Shown here: positions 1 through 10,610 of the stretch, piece after piece
Layout of the letters: each line of letters opens with the position of its first letter
How positions within the stretch are numbered: the stretch's first letter is position 1
Assembly: GCA_035250245.1 (NCBI GenBank)
Contig: DATFFH010000019.1
Coordinates: 14,167 to 78,166 of the forward strand
DNA: 64,000 nucleotides
Origin: Luteimonas sp.
GTDB taxonomy: Bacteria; Pseudomonadota; Gammaproteobacteria; Xanthomonadales; Xanthomonadaceae
Direction of reading: 5' to 3'
The notes under the pieces: generated by a model
What the model saw: the letters and a program-made list of their open reading frames with translations, nothing else
Database searches by the model: none
What the model was told of the DNA's origin: nothing
Program-made: the position numbers and the translations under genes

Positions 1-35
1 GCGCTTCGGGGGTTCGAATCCCCCTCTCTCCGCCA
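1..35 (+). tRNA. 3' end of a tRNA, probably tRNA-Ser (cut by window start; anticodon not visible)
   Basis: T-arm GGTTCGAATCC followed by acceptor strand CTCTCTCC-GCCA, similar to the tRNA-Ser at 7027. Confidence 0.75.
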
Positions 36-141
36 TATGCATACGCGGGTCCTTCCGCAAGAGCCTGGCCTTCCTTGGCCAGACTTTCCAATGCAAAAGC
101 CGACGACTGTCGGTAGTTGCAGCGGATGGACCACACTCAAT

Positions 142-249
142 GGTGGCCCCGTCGGCCCCTCGCGACGCTAGGTCGAAAATCCCGCCAGGGCCGGAAGGCA
201 GCAACGGTATCGATCGACGCGGGTGCCGAGGTCAGCCGGCGGGGTCATC
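142..249 (+). ncRNA. ffs: Signal recognition particle small RNA (4.5S)
   Basis: Domain IV motif CCAGGGCCGGAAGGCAGCAAC at ~184-204; closing stem GGCCCCGTCGGC (145-156) with GCCGGCGGGGTC (235-246); T-run follows. Confidence 0.85.
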
Positions 250-362
250 GCCTTTTTGGACGTCCTTGCAGGGCGGAACCGTCGCAGGCGATTCCGCCGA
301 CGCATTGGCGACGAGGTGGCGGTGGCGGAATCTGCTTCGCAGGGGTTCCGCCCTACGAGGTC

Positions 363-785
363 TCAAGTTTCCGGATGCAGCCAGCCGGCATCCCCTTCCG
401 CGTAGCGCTCGTGCTTCCAGATCGGCACTCGCGCCTTCACCTCGTCGATGACATAGCGGCTGGCGGCGAAGGCGGCGTCGCGATGCCCGGCGGACACGCC
501 GACCCAGACGGCCAGATCGCCGATCGCCAGATCGCCGACGCGATGCACGCAGCGGGCGTCGACGATGCCGAATTTCGCGATCGCCTCGTCCAGCACGCGC
601 TCGCCCTCGGCTTCGGCAAGTTCGGCATAGGCCTCGTAGCGCAACCCGAGCACGGCGCGGCCTTCATTGTGATCGCGGACCCAACCTTCGAAACTGGCGT
701 AGGCGCCGGCCTGGGCTGCGAGCAGATCCTGCCGCAGCGGTGCGATGTCGAAAGGTTCTACGGACAATCGGAAACGGCGCTTCAT
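363..785 (-). CDS. moaE: Molybdopterin synthase catalytic subunit
   Basis: GAYASFEGWVR, HRVGDL, VSAGHRDAAF, VPIWKHE motifs; last gene of moa cluster. Confidence 0.93.
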   Translation of the reverse strand: MKRRFRLSVEPFDIAPLRQDLLAAQAGAYASFEGWVRDHNEGRAVLGLRYEAYAELAEAEGERVLDEAIAKFGIVDARCVHRVGDLAIGDLAVWVGVSAGHRDAAFAASRYVIDEVKARVPIWKHERYAEGDAGWLHPET

Positions 786-790
786 GCTTT

Positions 791-905
791 CAAGCCGTCA
801 TCCCCGCGAAGGCGGGGATCCAGTGACTTGGATTCTGCCTTTTCTCACCCAAGGACAAAAGCAAAAGTCGCTGGGTCCTCGCTTTCGCGGGGATAACGGC
901 TAAAA
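791..905. repeat. CGTC-type REP doublet (copy A)
   Basis: AAGCCGTCATCCCCGCGAAGGCGGGGATCCAGTGACTT ... inverted AAGTCGCTGGGTCCTCGCTTTCGCGGGGATAACGGCT. Confidence 0.85.
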
Positions 906-906
906 A

Positions 907-1149
907 TTAACCTCCGCTCACCGGCGGTATGAACGCGACTTCGCTGCCTTCGCGCAACGCATCGTCCCAATCGGCGAAGGCGCCGTCCACCGCCACCCTC
1001 AAACGATCGACAGGCAGGACGAACCCGTAACGGCCGCGCAACTCGTCGTACAGGCGGCGTAGATCGCAGACATTCGATTCGACCGTCTCGTCGGCACGTC
1101 CCGCGGCGTCGCGCAGGCTGGCGAAATAAAGCACCTTGACTCGGATCAT
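907..1149 (-). CDS. moaD: Molybdopterin synthase sulfur carrier
   Basis: [17 protein letters not shown] ... [12 protein letters not shown]-terminal diglycine; real start inside the longer track ORF. Confidence 0.93.
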   Translation of the reverse strand: MIRVKVLYFASLRDAAGRADETVESNVCDLRRLYDELRGRYGFVLPVDRLRVAVDGAFADWDDALREGSEVAFIPPVSGG

Positions 1150-1637
1150 CGGTCCCCTTTCCCGAAATCGCGCTTGCCGCCGCGCTTGCCGAGCAATTTG
1201 GCCGGACCCAGCACGATCGCGTGCGACAGGGCCTTGCACATGTCGTACAGCGTCAGCGCCGCGACCGTGGCGCCGGTCAGGGCTTCCATCTCGACGCCAG
1301 TGCGGTGCGTAGTCTTCACTGCGCATTCGATCCGCAGTTCGCGCTCGCCGTTCCAGTCGATAGCGATGCGGCAACCGTCGATCGGCAGCGGGTGACAGAA
1401 CGGGATCAGCTCGTGAGTTCGCTTGACCGCCATCGTACCGGCGACGATCGCGGTTTCGACGATCCCGCCCTTGGCGCTTTTCAGCCCAGTCTTGCGCAGT
1501 TGCGCGGCGACGTCCGCGGGGAAGCGCACGCGGCATTCGGCGATGGCTTCACGCGCGGTGACGGTCTTGACGGAAACGTCGACCATCGCCGGGCGGCCTG
1601 CCGGGTCGATGTGGGTGAGCTTGCCGCCACGTTTCAT
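1146..1637 (-). CDS. moaC: Cyclic pyranopterin monophosphate synthase
   Basis: [33 protein letters not shown] motifs. Confidence 0.95.
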   Translation of the reverse strand: MKRGGKLTHIDPAGRPAMVDVSVKTVTAREAIAECRVRFPADVAAQLRKTGLKSAKGGIVETAIVAGTMAVKRTHELIPFCHPLPIDGCRIAIDWNGERELRIECAVKTTHRTGVEMEALTGATVAALTLYDMCKALSHAIVLGPAKLLGKRGGKRDFGKGDR

Positions 1638-1648
1638 CCGACTCTCGC

Positions 1649-1799
1649 TTTAAGCCGTCATTCCCGCGAAGGCGGGAATCCAGTGACTTGGATTTTCGCG
1701 TTATTCCGACCGAAGAGCAAAGCGCCACGAACGTCAAGAATTAAGGAGCAAAGGCTTAAGTCACTGGATTCCCGCTGTCGCGGGAATGACGGCTTAAAA
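1649..1799. repeat. CGTC-type REP doublet (copy B)
   Basis: TTAAGCCGTCATTCCCGCGAAGGCGGGAATCCAGTGACTT ... AAGTCACTGGATTCCCGCTGTCGCGGGAATGACGGCTTAA. Confidence 0.9.
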
Positions 1800-1803
1800 G
1801 CGG

Positions 1804-2826
1804 CTACCCGCCAATCAAGAACATCTCGACGTGCTTGCGCGACACGTTCCGCCCGCCACGCAACTCGCTGTATCGGTCGGCGCGCCGCGACCACAGCTGC
1901 GCCACATACTCGGCGAACGCGGCTTCGCCCATCGCCAGCGCCGGCCGCAGATCGGTGCCCTCACCGGCGAACAGGCAGGTGTACAGCTTGCCGTCCGCAG
2001 AAACGCGGGCTCGATGGCAGTCGCCGCAGAACGGCGCGCTGACCGAGCTGACGAAACCGACCTCGCCCTGCCCGTCTTCGAACGCGTAGCGGGAAGCCAC
2101 CTCGCCGCGATAGTTCGGGTCCAGCGACCGCAGCGGCCAGCTCGCATGGATGGCGTCGCGCAGTTCGGCCGAAGGCACGACCCGCGCGCGATCCCAGCCG
2201 TTGCAGGTGCCCACGTCCATGTATTCGATGAACCGGACGATATGGCCGGTGCCGCGGAAGCGCTCGACCAAAGCCAGCGCTTCGCTGTCGTTGACGCCGC
2301 GCTGCACGACACAATTGAGCTTGATCGGCGTGAAACCTGCGCGCTCGGCCGCTTCGATGCCCGCCAGCACGTGGGCCACTTCGCCGCGGCCGCCGGAAAG
2401 CGTTCGGAACAAATCCGGATCCAACGCATCCAGACTTACCGTCAACCGGCGCAGGCCGGCGTCGCGCAGCGCCGTCGCGTGCTTGGCCAGCAACGAACCG
2501 TTGGTGGTCAAAGCCAAGTCGTCGATGCCTTCGATCGCCGCCAAACGCTCGATCAATCGCGGCAGATGCTTGCGCAACAAAGGCTCGCCGCCGGTCAGGC
2601 GCAGCTTGCTCATGCCTAGGCGGACGAAGCCGCGCACCAGCGTTTCGATTTCGTCGAAATCCAATCGCGATGCCGCATCCGTGCCGTGATCTTCGGGGAT
2701 GCGGTCGGCCGGCATGCAGTAGGGGCAGCGGAAATTGCAGGCGTCGATCACCGACAAACGCAGGTCGCGCAGCGGCCGGCCGAGCGCATCGACCGCAGAC
2801 GCCGCATTGCGCAACACCGCATTCAT
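1804..2826 (-). CDS. moaA: GTP 3',8-cyclase (radical SAM)
   Basis: LRLSVIDACNFRCPYCMP, RLTGGEPLLR, FCGDCHRARVSADGKLYTCLF, C-terminal MFLIGG. Confidence 0.96.
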   Translation of the reverse strand: MNAVLRNAASAVDALGRPLRDLRLSVIDACNFRCPYCMPADRIPEDHGTDAASRLDFDEIETLVRGFVRLGMSKLRLTGGEPLLRKHLPRLIERLAAIEGIDDLALTTNGSLLAKHATALRDAGLRRLTVSLDALDPDLFRTLSGGRGEVAHVLAGIEAAERAGFTPIKLNCVVQRGVNDSEALALVERFRGTGHIVRFIEYMDVGTCNGWDRARVVPSAELRDAIHASWPLRSLDPNYRGEVASRYAFEDGQGEVGFVSSVSAPFCGDCHRARVSADGKLYTCLFAGEGTDLRPALAMGEAAFAEYVAQLWSRRADRYSELRGGRNVSRKHVEMFLIGG

Positions 2827-3581
2827 GCCGATTCCGACCTCGGCGCCGTGGGTTCGTCCAGCGCCAGCGTTTCGCCCGGATGGGCGACCCGATAACCGCG
2901 CGCTGCCAACGCCTCGCCGTCGCTGCGGCTGGCGTAATGATAGAGCACGCAGCGTTCGAGCAAGCCGCGCGGATATTCGCGTTCCAGATCGTCGATGCCG
3001 CTGTGCGAAGGGTTGCCGTGCAGGGCGCAATCGTGGGCGATGCGCTCGCCGGCGTCGGCGAACTTGGCTAGAGCTTCCGGGATCGGACGCGTGTCGCCGG
3101 TCCACACCAGGCTGCCGCGCAGGCGCAGGCCGAAGGCGGTGTCGGGCCAATGATGGCGCGTCGCGAACGTCTCCAGGCGCAGACCGTCGTGCCAGAACGC
3201 GGCGCCGACCGGGATCACCTGGAACGCGTCCCAGAAATTGGCGCCGCCTTCGGCCAAGGCGTTCGGATAATCGCCCACGCGCTGGTGCAGCAGCGGCACC
3301 ACGTTCGCCGGCACGTATAAGCGCACGCGGCCGCGGCGCGCAGCGTCGAAATAGTTCGCCACGAACAGCCGTTCGAAACCGGCGACGTGGTCCAGATGCG
3401 TATGGGTGACGAACAGCGCGCGCGGCTTGTCGCCGTAGTGCGCCTGGTAGGCGGTGAGGCCTTCGCCGCCGCAGTCGATGGTCAGCCATGGCGCGCCATC
3501 GCGCTCGATGGTCGCCATCGGCGAGCCCAATTCGACCGCCGAAGCATTGCCCACACCATGGAAGCGCAGCGTCCAGCCCAT
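2823..3581 (-). CDS. MBL-fold metallo-hydrolase
   Basis: THTHLDH metal motif, TIDCG, GDT; start overlaps kdkA stop (TGATG). Confidence 0.85.
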   Translation of the reverse strand: MGWTLRFHGVGNASAVELGSPMATIERDGAPWLTIDCGGEGLTAYQAHYGDKPRALFVTHTHLDHVAGFERLFVANYFDAARRGRVRLYVPANVVPLLHQRVGDYPNALAEGGANFWDAFQVIPVGAAFWHDGLRLETFATRHHWPDTAFGLRLRGSLVWTGDTRPIPEALAKFADAGERIAHDCALHGNPSHSGIDDLEREYPRGLLERCVLYHYASRSDGEALAARGYRVAHPGETLALDEPTAPRSESA

Positions 3582-4336
3582 CAGTAACCCCGGTTCCAAG
3601 TGTTGTCGTAGGCGCGGCGCAAGCGTGCGAAATCCGCGTCGACGTCGGCTTCGGTGCGTTCGCCGCGCAGCTTCATCAGCGAACGGCGCAACCGCGACAG
3701 GTTCGCCTCGCGCCAGCGGGTGGCCGGGATCCTGATCTTGCTGCGATCCAGGTCGATCACCCAGCCGTTGCCGCGGCTATCGAATAGCAGATTGCTGGCG
3801 TTCAAGTCTGCGTGGTCCAAGCCGGCGCGATGGAAGCGCGCGATCAGCCGTCCGGTTTCCTCCCACGGCGCATCGTGTCCGGCGGTGGCGGCGCGTTCGG
3901 CCAACGAGCGTGCGCCTTCGATCCGTTCCAGCAGGATCGCCGCGCGATACCCCCAGCCTTCGCGCACATATTGCGCCGCCAGCGGACGCGGCACCGGCAG
4001 GCCGCGCCGGATCAATTCGCGCAGCAGGCGGAATTCGTCGAAGCTGCGCACTCGAGCGCTGCCGCGCCAGAAATGGCGGTCGCGGCTGAAAGCCGCCGCC
4101 CAGCCGCCGCGCAGGTACTGGCGCAGCACGGCCGGACCGAACGGGGACTCGACGAACCAGGCCCCGCCGCGCCCGCCGCTGCCGACGGGCCGGGCGTTTT
4201 CGCCCCAATGCGAGGGCACGAACCAATCGAGTTCGGCTTGCCGCATGCGCGTGCCGTCGAACAGAATCGCGCCATACCCCGTCCCGCGCTCGTCGCGGAA
4301 CGGCGTCAGGCCTTCGGTGGCGTCGAACCCGGTCAT
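3581..4336 (-). CDS. kdkA: 3-deoxy-D-manno-octulosonic acid (Kdo) kinase
   Basis: [30 protein letters not shown] kinase motifs; divergent from GT9. Confidence 0.88.
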   Translation of the reverse strand: MTGFDATEGLTPFRDERGTGYGAILFDGTRMRQAELDWFVPSHWGENARPVGSGGRGGAWFVESPFGPAVLRQYLRGGWAAAFSRDRHFWRGSARVRSFDEFRLLRELIRRGLPVPRPLAAQYVREGWGYRAAILLERIEGARSLAERAATAGHDAPWEETGRLIARFHRAGLDHADLNASNLLFDSRGNGWVIDLDRSKIRIPATRWREANLSRLRRSLMKLRGERTEADVDADFARLRRAYDNTWNRGY

Positions 4337-4358
4337 CCCAGCGAGTCTAACAATCCCC

Positions 4359-5408
4359 ATGCCTCCATCGCCGTCGCCATTGCGTTCCGTCTGCCTGCTG
4401 CGGCTGTCTGCGCTGGGCGATGCCACGCACGTGGTGCCCCTGGTGCGCACCCTGCGCCGCGCCTGGCCGGATACGGCCCTGACCTGGGTCATCGGCAAGG
4501 GCGAATTCAAGTTGTTGGAGGGCCTGGACGGGGTCCGCTTCGAGACCTACGACAAGAACGCCGGCTTGAAAGGCATGTTCGATCTGCGCAAGCGCTTGGG
4601 CGGCGGCCGCTTCGACGCTTTGCTGCAGATGCAGGTCGCCGCACGCGCGAATCTGCTGTCGGCCTTCGTCCCGGCCGTGCGCCGGATCGGCTACGACCGC
4701 TCGCGTTCGAAGGATCTGCATGGACTCTTCATCAACGAACGGATCCCGGATCGGCCCGGCATCCATGTGCTGGACGCGATCGGCAGTTTTTGCGAACCGC
4801 TCGGGCTGAAACAGACCGAGGTCGTCTGGGACCTGCCGGTGCCGGACGAAGCCCGGGCCTGGGCGCAAGCGCAATGGCCGGACGATGGCCGCCCCACCCT
4901 GCTCATCTCACCCTGCTCCAGCCACGCGCTGCGCAACTGGCGCGCAGACCGTTATGCCGCAGTCGCCGACCATGCCGCCGCGCAGGGCTGGCGCATCGTG
5001 CTGTGCGGCGGACGCAGCGCGCTGGAGCGGGAAACCGCCGATGCGATCCTGGCGGCAATGCGTTCGCCGGCGCTCGACCTGGTCGGCAAGGACACGCTGA
5101 AGCAACTGCCAGCGCTGCTAGAACGCGCTGCGTTGGTGATGACGCCGGACTCCGGTCCGATGCACATCGCCAATGCGATGGGTACGAAAGTATTGGGCTT
5201 GCACGCCGCCAGCAATCCCGAACGCAGCGGACCCTATTCGGATCGGCGTTATTGCGTGGACCGCTACGACGACGCTGCGCGCAAATACTTGGGCAAACCG
5301 GCGTCGGCGTTGAAGTGGGGCGCGAAGATCGAACGCGAAGGCGTGATGGATCTAGTGACCGTCGATGATGCGGTTGCGGCGTTCGAGCGTTTTCGCCAAT
5401 CGCGATAG
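4359..5408 (+). CDS. Glycosyltransferase family 9 (LPS heptosyltransferase-like)
   Basis: [25 protein letters not shown] motifs. Confidence 0.9.
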   Translation: MPPSPSPLRSVCLLRLSALGDATHVVPLVRTLRRAWPDTALTWVIGKGEFKLLEGLDGVRFETYDKNAGLKGMFDLRKRLGGGRFDALLQMQVAARANLLSAFVPAVRRIGYDRSRSKDLHGLFINERIPDRPGIHVLDAIGSFCEPLGLKQTEVVWDLPVPDEARAWAQAQWPDDGRPTLLISPCSSHALRNWRADRYAAVADHAAAQGWRIVLCGGRSALERETADAILAAMRSPALDLVGKDTLKQLPALLERAALVMTPDSGPMHIANAMGTKVLGLHAASNPERSGPYSDRRYCVDRYDDAARKYLGKPASALKWGAKIEREGVMDLVTVDDAVAAFERFRQSR

Positions 5409-5414
5409 AGCGCA

Positions 5415-5490
5415 GCCGTCGCGATTGGGATAGAGGCTTCCAAGCGAAAGTCGCTGGATCCCCGCTTTCGCGGGGATGACGGCTTAAAAG
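5415..5490. repeat. CGTC-type REP, intact right arm with degenerate left arm (copy C)
   Basis: AAAGTCGCTGGATCCCCGCTTTCGCGGGGATGACGGCTTAAAAG at 5446-5490. Confidence 0.75.
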
Positions 5491-5666
5491 CGGAGGCAAC
5501 CGCAATAGAGTTGGATAGCTCCAGGCTTGCGTTGAAACGAAGGCTTCCGACCTAAGCCGGATAAGGACTGCGACCTTCGGACGGTCCGAACGGGCGACCA
5601 TCGTCGGTTCCGGCCGCATCGCCAGGCGCGTAGCTTGCGCCGGTTCCTCGCCTGGATCCCCACACC

Positions 5667-6506
5667 ATGAACGAAGCGGCCGCCCCTGCCGTTTTTCCGC
5701 CTGCGCACGTGTCCTGGCACCAGGCCGTGCGATGGAGCGGCGCCGCACTGGCCGGCGTCGCCTGGCTCAGCGGTTGCCTGTTCGCGCTCTATATCCTCGC
5801 CTTCTACGGCGGCGCGCTGCTCGATGGCGCAACCGGCCAAGGACAGCCGGCGCGGATGTTCGATCCGGCCGCGCTCCGCGCCAGTATCGGCATCGGACTG
5901 CATCTGTTGGCCGGTGCGGTTTTGCTCTTGCTCGGCCCGATGCAACTTATCGGTGCATTGCGCAAGCGTTGGCCGGCGTTGCACCGTTGGAGCGGGCGGG
6001 TCTACGCCTTCGCGGCGATGCTCGCGGGCGCCGGCGGACTGGCCTTCATCCTCGCCAAAGGCACTATAGGCGGCACGCAGATGGATATCGCCTTCGCGAT
6101 CTACGGGCTCGCATTGATGCTGGCTGCCGGCAACGCGGTGCGGCATGCGCGTGCGCGCCGTTTCGATTCGCATCGCGCCTGGGCGATCCGCTTATTCGCG
6201 CTGGTGATCGGCTCGTGGCTGTACCGGATCGAATACACGGCTTGGCGCGTGTTCGCCGACGGCGCAGGCCATACGCCGACGTTCGACGGCCCATTCGACA
6301 CGGCGATGCTGTATTTCTTCTTCGTTCCGAATCTGCTGCTGGCCGAAGCCTTCCTGCGCGCCAAGAGAAACAGCGCCGGCCCGGCGATGCAGGCGACCGC
6401 TGCGTTGGCGATGGCAGGCGCGGCGGGCACGTTGGCCATGCTGACCTATTTTCTGGCGTTGCGCGCCTGGGGACCGCCGATCGTCGCCCGCCTGTTCGGC
6501 GCCTGA
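5667..6506 (+). CDS. DUF2306-like membrane protein
   Basis: Several TM helices; LHRWSGRVY and HRAWAIR motifs. Confidence 0.75.
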   Translation: MNEAAAPAVFPPAHVSWHQAVRWSGAALAGVAWLSGCLFALYILAFYGGALLDGATGQGQPARMFDPAALRASIGIGLHLLAGAVLLLLGPMQLIGALRKRWPALHRWSGRVYAFAAMLAGAGGLAFILAKGTIGGTQMDIAFAIYGLALMLAAGNAVRHARARRFDSHRAWAIRLFALVIGSWLYRIEYTAWRVFADGAGHTPTFDGPFDTAMLYFFFVPNLLLAEAFLRAKRNSAGPAMQATAALAMAGAAGTLAMLTYFLALRAWGPPIVARLFGA

Positions 6507-6510
6507 GCGC

Positions 6511-6918
6511 TCAGGGCGCCGCGCCGGTCTTGTAATCCTGGTAGGACTTCTCTTCGACGTAACTGGAGCCCAACGCGAGGTTAATGTCCTTCTTGATCCG
6601 CGCGCGCTCGTCGTTTTCGAAGTAGACGCTGCGCGCCAGGCGGACAAACTCGGCGTCGAAGGCCTGCGCCTTTTCCTTGATGCGGATGTCGTCCTCGATC
6701 TCCCACAGCCGCTCGTTCACGGCTTTCAGCTGCGCGCGCAGTTCGGCGATGTCCTGGCCCGCCGCAGGATGCGCCATCCAGGTCTTTTCCAGCGCCGAGA
6801 GTTCATTGCGCACGTTGGCCAGCTTGGCGGGGTCGGACATGCGCTCGGACTTGATCTGCAGGATCGCGATCTTGTCGAGCAATTCGCCGAAGGAGACGGG
6901 AACGAGGATTTCGGACAT
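6511..6918 (-). CDS. DUF6165-family protein
   Basis: VPVSFGELLDKIAILQIK, LWEIEDDIR, ARSVYFENDERARIK, EEKSY. Confidence 0.75.
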   Translation of the reverse strand: MSEILVPVSFGELLDKIAILQIKSERMSDPAKLANVRNELSALEKTWMAHPAAGQDIAELRAQLKAVNERLWEIEDDIRIKEKAQAFDAEFVRLARSVYFENDERARIKKDINLALGSSYVEEKSYQDYKTGAAP

Positions 6919-7026
6919 GGGTCTGGACCTGCTGGAAAGCGCCAGTTTAACCGCCCGCCTTGTCCGGCCAGGCGCGGCCCCGTATCATTGCGCCCCCGGC
7001 CGCATCACGCCTGCTGCCGGGCCACC

Positions 7027-7119
<93 letters not shown>

Positions 7120-7152
7120 CATAAAAAAGCGCCCCTCGCGGGCGTTTTTTTA

Positions 7153-7473
7153 TGTCTGACGGAGAGGGTGGACGTTGATGAGAACCCACGGTTCGACAAA
7201 TTCGTCTGGAACGAATTTGGACAGCCGAAGGCTGGCCCCGCAGGCGCTTGCGCCGGAGGGGCGAGGTCCATGGATGGGCCGAGCAATCCCACCCTCGTCC
7301 TACAGTGCCTACGAAAGGTATTTCTTTTGTCTGGCGGAGAGGGTGGACATTGACGAGAGCCCACGGTTCGACACATTCGTCCGGAGCGAATTTGGACAGC
7401 CGAAGGCTGGCCCCGCGGGCGCTTGCGCCGAAGGGGCGAGGCCCATGGATGGGCTGAGCAATCCCACCCTCGT
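7153..7473. repeat. Two tandem ~175-bp multi-hairpin units bounded by tRNA-Ser 3'-end-derived inverted repeats
   Basis: Units start TGTCTG(A/G)CGGAGAGGGTGG at 7153 and 7328 and end AATCCCACCCTCGT at 7298 and 7473. Confidence 0.9.
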
Positions 7474-7662
7474 TGCGTGTCGGTTGTCTTCGACGGCTTC
7501 GCCTGGAACGAATCAGGCCCAGCGATCCCTACCCCACAACCAGAGCCTCCGTTTCAGTCCGTTACATCCGCCTAGGGTCCGGCCCGCCTTGCTTCGCGTC
7601 CGGCCTGCCGCGATTATTCCGTTATCCGTCTGAAAGGCCCCCATCACCGGCATGATCGGCTC

Positions 7663-8367
7663 ATGATCGAGTTTGGACACCTCACCCATGTCGGGTTGCG
7701 GCGCGAGCTGAACGAAGACACGTATTACGGCGACAGCGAACTCGGCCTTTGGCTTGTGGCCGACGGCATGGGCGGCCACCAATACGGCGAAGTCGCCAGC
7801 GCGCTGGCACGCGAGACCATCGTCCGCGAAGTGCGCGAAGGCACGCCTCTCGCGCAGGCCATCCGCATCGCCGACGAGGAAATCATCCGCGCTTCCAAGC
7901 GCCGCAACGAAGCCTTGCCGATGGGTACGACCGTCGTCGCCGCGCGCGTGGCGGGCAGCCGTTTCGAAGTGGCCTGGGTCGGCGACAGCCGCGTTTACCT
8001 GTGGCGCGATGGCCAACTGGCGCAACTCTCGCAGGATCACAGCTACGTCCAGGAACTGATCGCGCAGGGCGCCATCACCAACGAACAGGCTCGCAGCCAT
8101 CCGCACCGCAACGTGGTGACCCAGGCGCTGGGCGTGACCGATCCGCAACAACTCAACGTCGAGACCATGACGGGCGAACTGCGGCCCGGCATGCAGCTAC
8201 TGCTGTGCAGCGACGGACTGACCGAGGAAGTGGACGACCGCGGCATCGCCCGCATCCTTTCCCACGGCGAGTGCAGCGCGCAGGAGTGCGTGGACGGCCT
8301 GGTCGCCGCGGCGTTGGACGGCGGCGGGTCGGACAACGTGACGGTGATTCTGGTACGGCGGCACTAG
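7663..8367 (+). CDS. PP2C-family Ser/Thr phosphatase
   Basis: NED, VADGMGGH, WVGDSRVY, QDHS, LLCSDGL, GGSDNVT. Confidence 0.93.
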   Translation: MIEFGHLTHVGLRRELNEDTYYGDSELGLWLVADGMGGHQYGEVASALARETIVREVREGTPLAQAIRIADEEIIRASKRRNEALPMGTTVVAARVAGSRFEVAWVGDSRVYLWRDGQLAQLSQDHSYVQELIAQGAITNEQARSHPHRNVVTQALGVTDPQQLNVETMTGELRPGMQLLLCSDGLTEEVDDRGIARILSHGECSAQECVDGLVAAALDGGGSDNVTVILVRRH

Positions 8368-8435
8368 CGATTCGGCGGATCGTCCGCGCGACGAACATCC
8401 ACGTCTAATTTGCAGAGCGAAGGCTATTGCTTTTC

Positions 8436-8563
8436 GTAGGAGCGGCTTTAGCCGCGAGCTCTTTCCTTCAAATCGCGGCATTGCAGCGATTCGGAGAAAA
8501 GCTCGCGGCTAAAGCCGCTCCTACGAAGAACAAGGCAGAGCAGTGGAGCAAGCTCCGCTCTAC
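8436..8563. repeat. GTAG-type REP doublet plus a single REP of a second GTAG family
   Basis: GTAGGAGCGGCTTTAGCCGCGAGCT / inverted copy ending 8524; CAGTGGAGCAAGCTCCGCTCTAC at 8541-8563. Confidence 0.85.
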
Positions 8564-8564
8564 A

Positions 8565-9296
8565 TCAGACAGGGACGAGTTCCGGCATCAGCGCGGCTTC
8601 GAGGGCATCCCAAACGCAGTGCCCCGCCTTGCCGCGGATCTTGGCCAAACGCGCCTCGTGGGCAGCCAGATCGGCTTCGTCGACATGCACGCGCGGACGC
8701 GGGCCGGCGGCCTGGTAACGGCGCTCCACCACCGCCTGCGAAGCAGCCGTCGACAGAGCGTCGAACCCGATTTCGCCCTGCCCCGCGGTCAACGCCAGAT
8801 AGGCTTCGGCCAGCAGTTGCGCGTCGAGCAGCGCGCCGTGCAATTGCCGGTGCGAATTGTCCACGCCGAGCCTTTTGCACAACGCGTCCAGCGAATTGCG
8901 CTGGCCGGGGTAACGTTGCCGCGCAAGTTCGAGCGAATCCTCCACACCGGCGCGTTCGCGGATTCGACCGAATTGCGCACCCAATCGCGCGAGCTCTGCA
9001 TCGAGGAAGCCGACGTCGAACGCGGCGTTGTGGATCACCAGTTCGGCGCCGTCGATGAAGGCGAGGAATTCTTCAGCGACTTCGGCGAATTTCGGCTTGT
9101 CGGCCAGGAATTCCAAAGTCAGGCCGGTGACTTCCTGCGCGCCGACCTCGAATTCGCATTCGGGATTGAGATAGCAATGGAAGGTGCGGCCGGTAGGGCG
9201 GCGCTCGAACAGTTCGACACAACCGATTTCGACGACGCGATTGCCTTTTTCCCAGGAGAGGCCGGTGGTTTCGGTGTCCAGGACGATTTGGCGCAT
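8565..9296 (-). CDS. dnaQ: DNA polymerase III epsilon subunit
   Basis: LDTETTG, HNAAFD, HGALLDA (DEDDh). Confidence 0.96.
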   Translation of the reverse strand: MRQIVLDTETTGLSWEKGNRVVEIGCVELFERRPTGRTFHCYLNPECEFEVGAQEVTGLTLEFLADKPKFAEVAEEFLAFIDGAELVIHNAAFDVGFLDAELARLGAQFGRIRERAGVEDSLELARQRYPGQRNSLDALCKRLGVDNSHRQLHGALLDAQLLAEAYLALTAGQGEIGFDALSTAASQAVVERRYQAAGPRPRVHVDEADLAAHEARLAKIRGKAGHCVWDALEAALMPELVPV

Positions 9297-9321
9297 GCGG
9301 CATTGTAACCGTCGGAGCGGC

Positions 9322-9439
9322 GTAGGGTGGGCCTCGGCCCACCATTGCCATTCCGCTCGCTTGCCGCAAACAAATCAGCGAGGTCGAAAAAATTGCCGCA
9401 TCGGATGAATGCGCGTCGGTGGGCCAAGGCCCACCCTAC
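9322..9439. repeat. GTAG-type REP doublet overlapping the rnhA stop
   Basis: GTAGGGTGGGCCTCGGCCCACC ... GGTGGGCCAAGGCCCACCCTAC. Confidence 0.85.
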
Positions 9440-9894
9440 GAGGTCGAAGCGGCTTGGCGCGATTTGAACGCGACCGCTTCGGCGCGCGCCAGTTCGTCGA
9501 CGCGCTCGTTGTCCGGATCGCCCGCATGGCCTTTCACCCAGCGCCAATCGATCTTGTGCTGCAGCGTGGCCGCATGCAGCCGCTCCCACAGGTCGCGGTT
9601 CTTCACCGGATCGCCGCCGGCGGTTTTCCAGCCGCGCCTCACCCAGTTCGGCATCCAATCGCAGATGCCCTGCTGCACGTACCGCGAATCGGTGTGCAAC
9701 GCGACTTTGCACGGTTCAGTCAGCGCTTCCAGGCCGGCGATCGCAGCCATCAGCTCCATGCGGTTGTTGGTAGTGAGCGCTTCGCCGCCGACCAGCTCTC
9801 TTTCGCGTTGGCCGTAGCGCAGCAACGCAGCCCAGCCGCCCGGGCCGGGATTGCCGAGGCAGGCGCCGTCGGTATGGATTTCGATGGACTTCAA
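9436..9894 (-). CDS. rnhA: Ribonuclease HI
   Basis: [36 protein letters not shown]. Confidence 0.96.
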   Translation of the reverse strand: MKSIEIHTDGACLGNPGPGGWAALLRYGQRERELVGGEALTTNNRMELMAAIAGLEALTEPCKVALHTDSRYVQQGICDWMPNWVRRGWKTAGGDPVKNRDLWERLHAATLQHKIDWRWVKGHAGDPDNERVDELARAEAVAFKSRQAASTS

Positions 9895-9916
9895 ACGATC
9901 AATTTCCTGGGCAAAA

Positions 9917-10570
9917 TCATGGGGTAGGCAGGCTGGGCTGCCAGCGCAGCGCCGGCTGGCGGATGCGGGTCAGCGGGATCACCTGCTTCTCGCCGCGCAG
10001 CAGGTAGGCCGCCCGCGCGCCGGCGCCGGTCTGCGGGTCCGCCAGGGGCTGGGCGCGCCAGCGCGGGCCCAGCCCGATCGAGACCGCTTCAGGTTGCAAG
10101 CCATGGGCGCGCATCCGCCGCCGCCAAGTGACCGGCTCGCAGCTGCGCAGTCCGTTGCCGGACCAATGCCAGCGGTACAGGCCCAGCGGATTGAGGGCGA
10201 AGACCCAGAGCCGGCCGCCGGGCACCAGCACCCGGACGCACTCGCCCAGCAACTCGGCGACATCGTCCCCGGCTTCGGCCACGTGCTGCAGGATCACGGT
10301 TCCCACCGCCTCGCTGGCCACGGGCAGATCGGCGCCGCACCGGACATCTCCGCCGAAAATGCGGCCATTTCCGGCCAAACGCATGCAAAAACCGGTTTCG
10401 CCGTCGATCATGGCGTGTTCCGCGGCCATCCAAAGGCTCGGCAGGCCGGGACGTTCGTGCAAAGCTTGGCGCACGACGCCTTCCTCGCTTTGCAATACCG
10501 CCTGGCCTTCGGCGGTCTTGAACCAGGGGTGGCGGCCGTCGGGTTGACGGCTGGCGGAGCGGGCGGGCAT
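9917..10570 (-). CDS. SAM-dependent methyltransferase-like protein (YafS-like)
   Basis: Lies between gloB and rnhA; [18 protein letters not shown]; N-terminal part degenerate. Confidence 0.7.
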   Translation of the reverse strand: MPARSASRQPDGRHPWFKTAEGQAVLQSEEGVVRQALHERPGLPSLWMAAEHAMIDGETGFCMRLAGNGRIFGGDVRCGADLPVASEAVGTVILQHVAEAGDDVAELLGECVRVLVPGGRLWVFALNPLGLYRWHWSGNGLRSCEPVTWRRRMRAHGLQPEAVSIGLGPRWRAQPLADPQTGAGARAAYLLRGEKQVIPLTRIRQPALRWQPSLPTP

Positions 10571-10610
10571 GGTCCGAATTCTGCGGGAAAGCTTACGGAG
10601 CGTCACCCCG

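Noticed and set aside
117-896. 259-aa plus-strand ORF
   Set aside because: Overlaps the SRP RNA, runs antisense to moaE and ends in a REP; no recognisable domain.
2827-4358. Moco riboswitch upstream of the moa genes
   Set aside because: moaA start overlaps the upstream CDS, leaving no leader, and no motif was recognised.
7153-7473. Possible CRISPR array
   Set aside because: Only two long near-identical units with no unique spacers and no cas genes; reported as a tRNA-derived repeat instead.
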